Below, in pieces: positions 1 through 64,000 of a stretch of 64,000 nucleotides of DNA (positions within the stretch are counted from its first letter, which is position 1; each line of letters opens with the position of its first letter). Source of the stretch: Octopus sinensis. Lineage: Eukaryota. The position numbers and the translations under genes were made by a program. Where the stretch lies: the NCBI RefSeq assembly GCF_006345805.1, contig NW_021835981.1:1-64000 (forward strand), in the 5' to 3' direction. The notes below the pieces were generated by a model. That model was not told the origin of the DNA. It was given only the letters and a program-made list of their open reading frames with translations, and did not search any database.

Positions 1-30
1 GTCTCTAACTACATAGGACTCTGATATTTT

Positions 31-320
31 ATGGCCTAGTGGTTTGAGCAGCGGACTCGCGGTCTAGGGATCGCGGGTTCGAATCTCAGACCGGGCGATG
101 TGTGTTTTTATGAGCGAAACACCTAAACTCCAGGCAGCTCCGGCAGAAGGTAATGGCGAACTTCTGCTGACACTTTCGCCATAACGTCCTCTCACTCTTT
201 CCTCCTGCATCTTGCAGCTTACCTGCGACGGTCCGGCATCCCGTCCAGGTGGGGGAACCTATAAGCCCCGGAACCCGACCCTTATGAGCCAGGGGTGGCT
301 CGAGAATGAACAAACAACAA
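31..320 (+). mobile_element. tRNA-derived SINE with head A and a different tail
   Basis: TGGCCTAGTGG...GGTTCGAATCTC head matching 43527-43370; 3' part gcgacggtccggcatcccgtccagg ... (caaa)n. Confidence 0.8.
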
Positions 321-720
321 ACATATATTATTAAAATTGCCAGTGTTTCGAATTAAATGCATTTGAATTAATATTATTGGAAATATATAGAAACAGTTTT
401 GACAGTTGTAGATTTTCTTTACTTAGTTATTTTGTCCGTTATAATTTTGTTCTTTTATGGTACTTGTTATATATTTGAATAGTTCACGCTAACACCCCTA
501 AACATATGTATTTTGAATCAGTGTTTTGCAATCCTTTTACTTGGAATTTCGACTGTCTTTCGAACCAAAAATGCCTAAGAAACTTGAACACATGGATATG
601 AATTGTTTATTAATCAAATAATCTTCATAAGTCGAAACAATTTGTTGGCTTTGATGACCATGAACACAAATATGAGCTCACAGTATTTTCAGTGTTCAAA
701 ATAATACATAAATATCTTAC

Positions 721-60232
<59,512 letters not shown>

Positions 60233-61012
60233 CTACGCAAAAAAGAAAGCAAAAGTAAAACAAAAAAAAAAAAGAAAAAAGGTTGTTCCGCGAAGAATTC
60301 ATATATTTAGTATTTGCTATGACATTTTTGGATCACATTTATAGGAAATTATTGGTTTGTCTGCAAAAACGAAAGGGAAGAATTTGGTTGATTTTCCTCG
60401 TACCGACAATAATATTATTTAGGGAGGAAAAATACATTATTTATGTAACAAATATTGGATTTCCTGAGCATATTGATATCCTTTATTAATAAATATAAGA
60501 TATTACTGGAAATAATTGCATAATATCATCACACAGGTATTTTATCACATCACCGTATCACATGCTCCATTTAACCTTACTGAGAAATCTTTTATTTATT
60601 TCTTCGCTTTTCATTTTTTGTAGTTTGTTGAAAATCATGTGGGATATTATGCTGTATGATTACAAAGTAGTTCAGTTGGTATTAAAGCATAGTTTGCAAT
60701 AAGGTTCTCTTTATTGTGTATGTGTGTGTGTGATACATGTCTGTAATAATTTCGACTAGACGTATTACGGTTGATATTTTGGAAGGGGGGAAAAAAAAAG
60801 GAATGAAATTCAACTCAGGCAAACGATTCGAGACTTCGAGAAGTATTCAGTCATGACAATGAGAAAAAATATTCCAAAAAATATTATAGCACTCAAAAAT
60901 CAATTTATGAATTCAATCCTCTAAAGCAACATTTAACACTCTTTAAACGTGTTAATATTCTACAACAGTCATATATACGTACACACACACAAATACACAC
61001 ACACACACACAT

Positions 61013-61079
<67 letters not shown>

Positions 61080-61119
61080 CAGATGGATCAATAGATAGCT
61101 ATATAAATCTATAAGAGCA

Positions 61120-61168
<49 letters not shown>

Positions 61169-61227
61169 TATTATATTATTATTATTATCATTATTATTAT
61201 TAATATTATTATAATTATTATTATTAC

Positions 61228-61275
<48 letters not shown>

Positions 61276-61734
61276 CATTATTAGATAGATAGACACACAC
61301 AAACACACACATATATATATAAAATCTTTAGATGCACACAGACAAACACACACACATACACACATATATATATATATTATGTATGATATATATGTATAAA
61401 CAGAGAGAGAGAGAGAGTGAGTGAAAGGGAGAGGCTTGCTCACATTGGCCTGATCGCCTTTAACATTGCACTGCATGACGTTTCATAAATGTTTCATAAT
61501 AAACATTTATCCTGTTTAACATTTATTAAATCTATTACAGCGGCATGATAAGAGTATTTCTACTCTTTCATTAAGACTAATGTTCACACTACGCCATGTT
61601 TGACGACAACTCATGTGACATTTACATTTTCACCGCTTGATGAATCAGTCTTTTTAACCACTCGCAGATTTCATGTCGCATGACATAAATTATCATCATT
61701 ATTATCATTATTATTATTTTATTTTTCTTCTTTC

Positions 61735-62147
61735 AAATTTGCTTCCATTTCTTGCCGAGTGTCTTCCCGACTCCTAGGGCAAAGAAACTCATAGTATACA
61801 TTGGTAGGCCATTAAACCAAACTCAATAGTTCGTTCATTTTTTTTTTTTTTTTTTAATTATATTAAAATACATGAGCAGCAACAGTTCTCACATCGACAA
61901 TGCTCTTCTCAATACGTATGATGTACCAGTTAAGACAATCTTTTGCACTTCTTGCAGGGATGGTAAGCCAGGGATCATTCTCATATAATTTTCGGTTCCC
62001 TTCTTGATCATTCCTAGTGCTCCTACGATCACTGGTATTGTAACCGCCTTGAGATGCCACATTTTCTCAATTTCAATGAGTAGGTCTTTATATTTTCTGA
62101 GCTTGTCAAACTCTTTCGCTGAGATATTATGATCACAGGGGATGCTC
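61735..62147 (-). mobile_element. 5'-truncated R4/Dong-like element (3' end)
   Basis: DHNISAKEFDKLRKYKDLLIEIEKMWHLKAVTIPVIVGALG...VLRRALSM*; (TAA)n on both sides. Confidence 0.85.
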
Positions 62148-62175
62148 ATGCTTATTATTATTATTATTATTATTA

Positions 62176-62208
<33 letters not shown>

Positions 62209-62267
62209 CATTATCATCATCATTATTATCATTATTATCATCATCATCATCATCATCATCATCATCG

Positions 62268-62301
<34 letters not shown>

Positions 62302-62476
62302 CATTATTATTTTTATTGAGTGAGGGAGCAGTACATGCCATCAAAGTGACACTGGGGTAAAATATACAAAGCCCAGGACTACCCGTCTGATAAGGGTACA
62401 CCAGGCACATGCATCACAACCATATGTGCGCGAAGTGGTGATCTCATATCAAGATAAACAGCGCATGAGCTTGCAA

Positions 62477-62533
<57 letters not shown>

Positions 62534-62535
<2 letters not shown>

Positions 62536-62690
62536 TATGTTTGACTTTTGCTTTATGTCTGTAGAAGTTGGCTCCAAGTCTCACCCAGAGACCTCAAGAG
62601 ACAACAGGTTGGAAGTTCTGTGCCATATATTTGGGGGTTTTTTTTTGGTGTTGTACTAGTGAATGTCTAATACATAAAAATAAAATTTTT
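62534..62690 (-). mobile_element. 3'-terminal fragment of the same Dong family as 11243-15300
   Basis: ctatgtttgacttttgctttat...ttggctccaagtctcacccagagacctcaagagacaacagg closely matches 11243-11400; set in (TAA)n. Confidence 0.85.
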
Positions 62691-62716
62691 TAAAAAATAA
62701 ATAAACAAATAAAAAA

Positions 62717-62765
<49 letters not shown>

Positions 62766-62784
62766 TATTATTATTATTATTTTG

Positions 62785-64000
62785 GTTAGTCTTATTCTTG
62801 ATGGGAACGATGTGGATAATGGACTACTACCTGTAACCTTAGGTATCCACAGGTTTTCAGCAGTCTTTCAATTACTTAGAACCCTCCTGATAATCCTTGC
62901 TGTCCCTAAGAGACAGACTTGCTATAGAAGCTCTACCAGGTGTTTTATTTCATTCACCTTCGCCCGTTTGTCTATATCTTGGTTTACTCTTTCCAGCGCA
63001 CCAATATTATGTGCACAACCTTGATTTCACCACTTGGTAACACTACACCTTCTGTCCTGACAAGCTTTCCTCGTCTCATCCCCATCGTAACACATTTTGA
63101 GAGTCCAAACTCTATCTTAATATCATTGGAGAATATCTGCACAGAACGGACAAGGCTGTCCATTTCTGCCTCACTTTTTGTGAATAACTTCAAGCCGTCC
63201 ATGAATAGCAAGTGGTTCAATTTTCCCTTACATCTTCCCAGGTCATACAGCAACTATGTTTTCTTAGTATTTCACTCAAGGGAATCATTCCCAGCACAAA
63301 GATAAGTGGGGACACACGGTCCCTCTGGAAGGTTCCGCTCTTGATTTTCACCTCTCTTAATACTTGATTCCAGGTTGCCAATCACGTTTTCCACTATTTC
63401 CACTAATTCAAGGCTTCTCGTGTTTTCTGCAGCTCCATACATTTCCATTGTCCTCATTACTCAGGAGTGTGGCATCATATCGTATGCTTTACGATAGTCA
63501 ACCCATGCCATGATCAGGTTTGTGTATCTTCTCTTGCAGTTCCTAATAATTAGATTATCGATTAAGAGATGATCCTTCGTTCCGTGGCTCCTCGTTCTGC
63601 ACCCTTTCTGTATGTAGCAGCCCACTTATTTCTAAGTAGTTATATAGTTCAGCGGTCAAACCACCTCACATTTGGATTTCATGCAGCCACTCCGCTTCAT
63701 TATGTTCTACAGGTTGGTCCCAGATCCCTCTCCAGAGAACCCTGCTTTCCTCTACATCTGGTTTCATTGTTACATGTATGTTGCCAATCTAGTTCCTGAA
63801 ACAGTTTCTTCTAATTTGCTTCAAACAATCTGTTTTGCCTGAATTGTTTTGTTCTAGTGTCATATCTTTCGAATTTTGCTTTGATTGCTTTCTTTCAGTT
63901 CTTCCAATATCACATCATACCCTTTGTTTCTTATTCTATATATATTTTTCCATCATTATTTTTATTCTTTCGTTCTGCAATCCCCCTCTTCTCAATCTAC
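62785..64000 (-). mobile_element. R4/Dong-like element with degenerate RT and an internal deletion; runs off the window
   Basis: [22 protein letters not shown]...IEFGLSKC, then a jump to LGTARIIRRVLSN*; tail in (TAA)n at 62720-62782. Confidence 0.8.

Overview
AT-rich, microsatellite-dense animal genomic DNA; the repeat families and composition suggest Octopus or another coleoid cephalopod (inferred, not verified). The whole window lies inside one minus-strand gene for a subtilisin/kexin-type proprotein convertase most similar to PC1/3 (PCSK1-like). Seven in-frame GT-AG exons were reconstructed (60232-60116, 58895-58796, 40574-40537, 32667-32591, 24338-24250, 17230-17058, 933-721; 807 nt, 269 codons). 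They cover the RKRAKR prodomain cleavage site, catalytic Asp and His and the oxyanion Asn. The 5' exons and the catalytic Ser lie outside the window. The introns hold R4/Dong non-LTR retrotransposons sitting in (TAA)n, a deleted mariner, a CR1-type RT remnant, a U6 pseudogene, several tRNA-derived SINE families and fold-back elements. The most interesting non-coding signal is a set of hammerhead ribozymes (HHR). A ~475-bp tandem repeat unit occurs at two diverged loci (17395-18118 and 28760-31065) and carries a type I HHR plus two further hairpins, with compensatory base changes in the HHR and hairpin A, as expected for a non-autonomous retrozyme-like RNA element. One copy is interrupted by a 1.7-kb element that encodes only a zinc-knuckle ORF1, has a 16-bp TSD and shares its 3' tail with a SINE family. 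Other minimal HHRs occur in a tRNA-headed repeat and in Penelope-LTR-like repeats, some with non-canonical cores. All structures were folded by eye; nothing was computed or searched.
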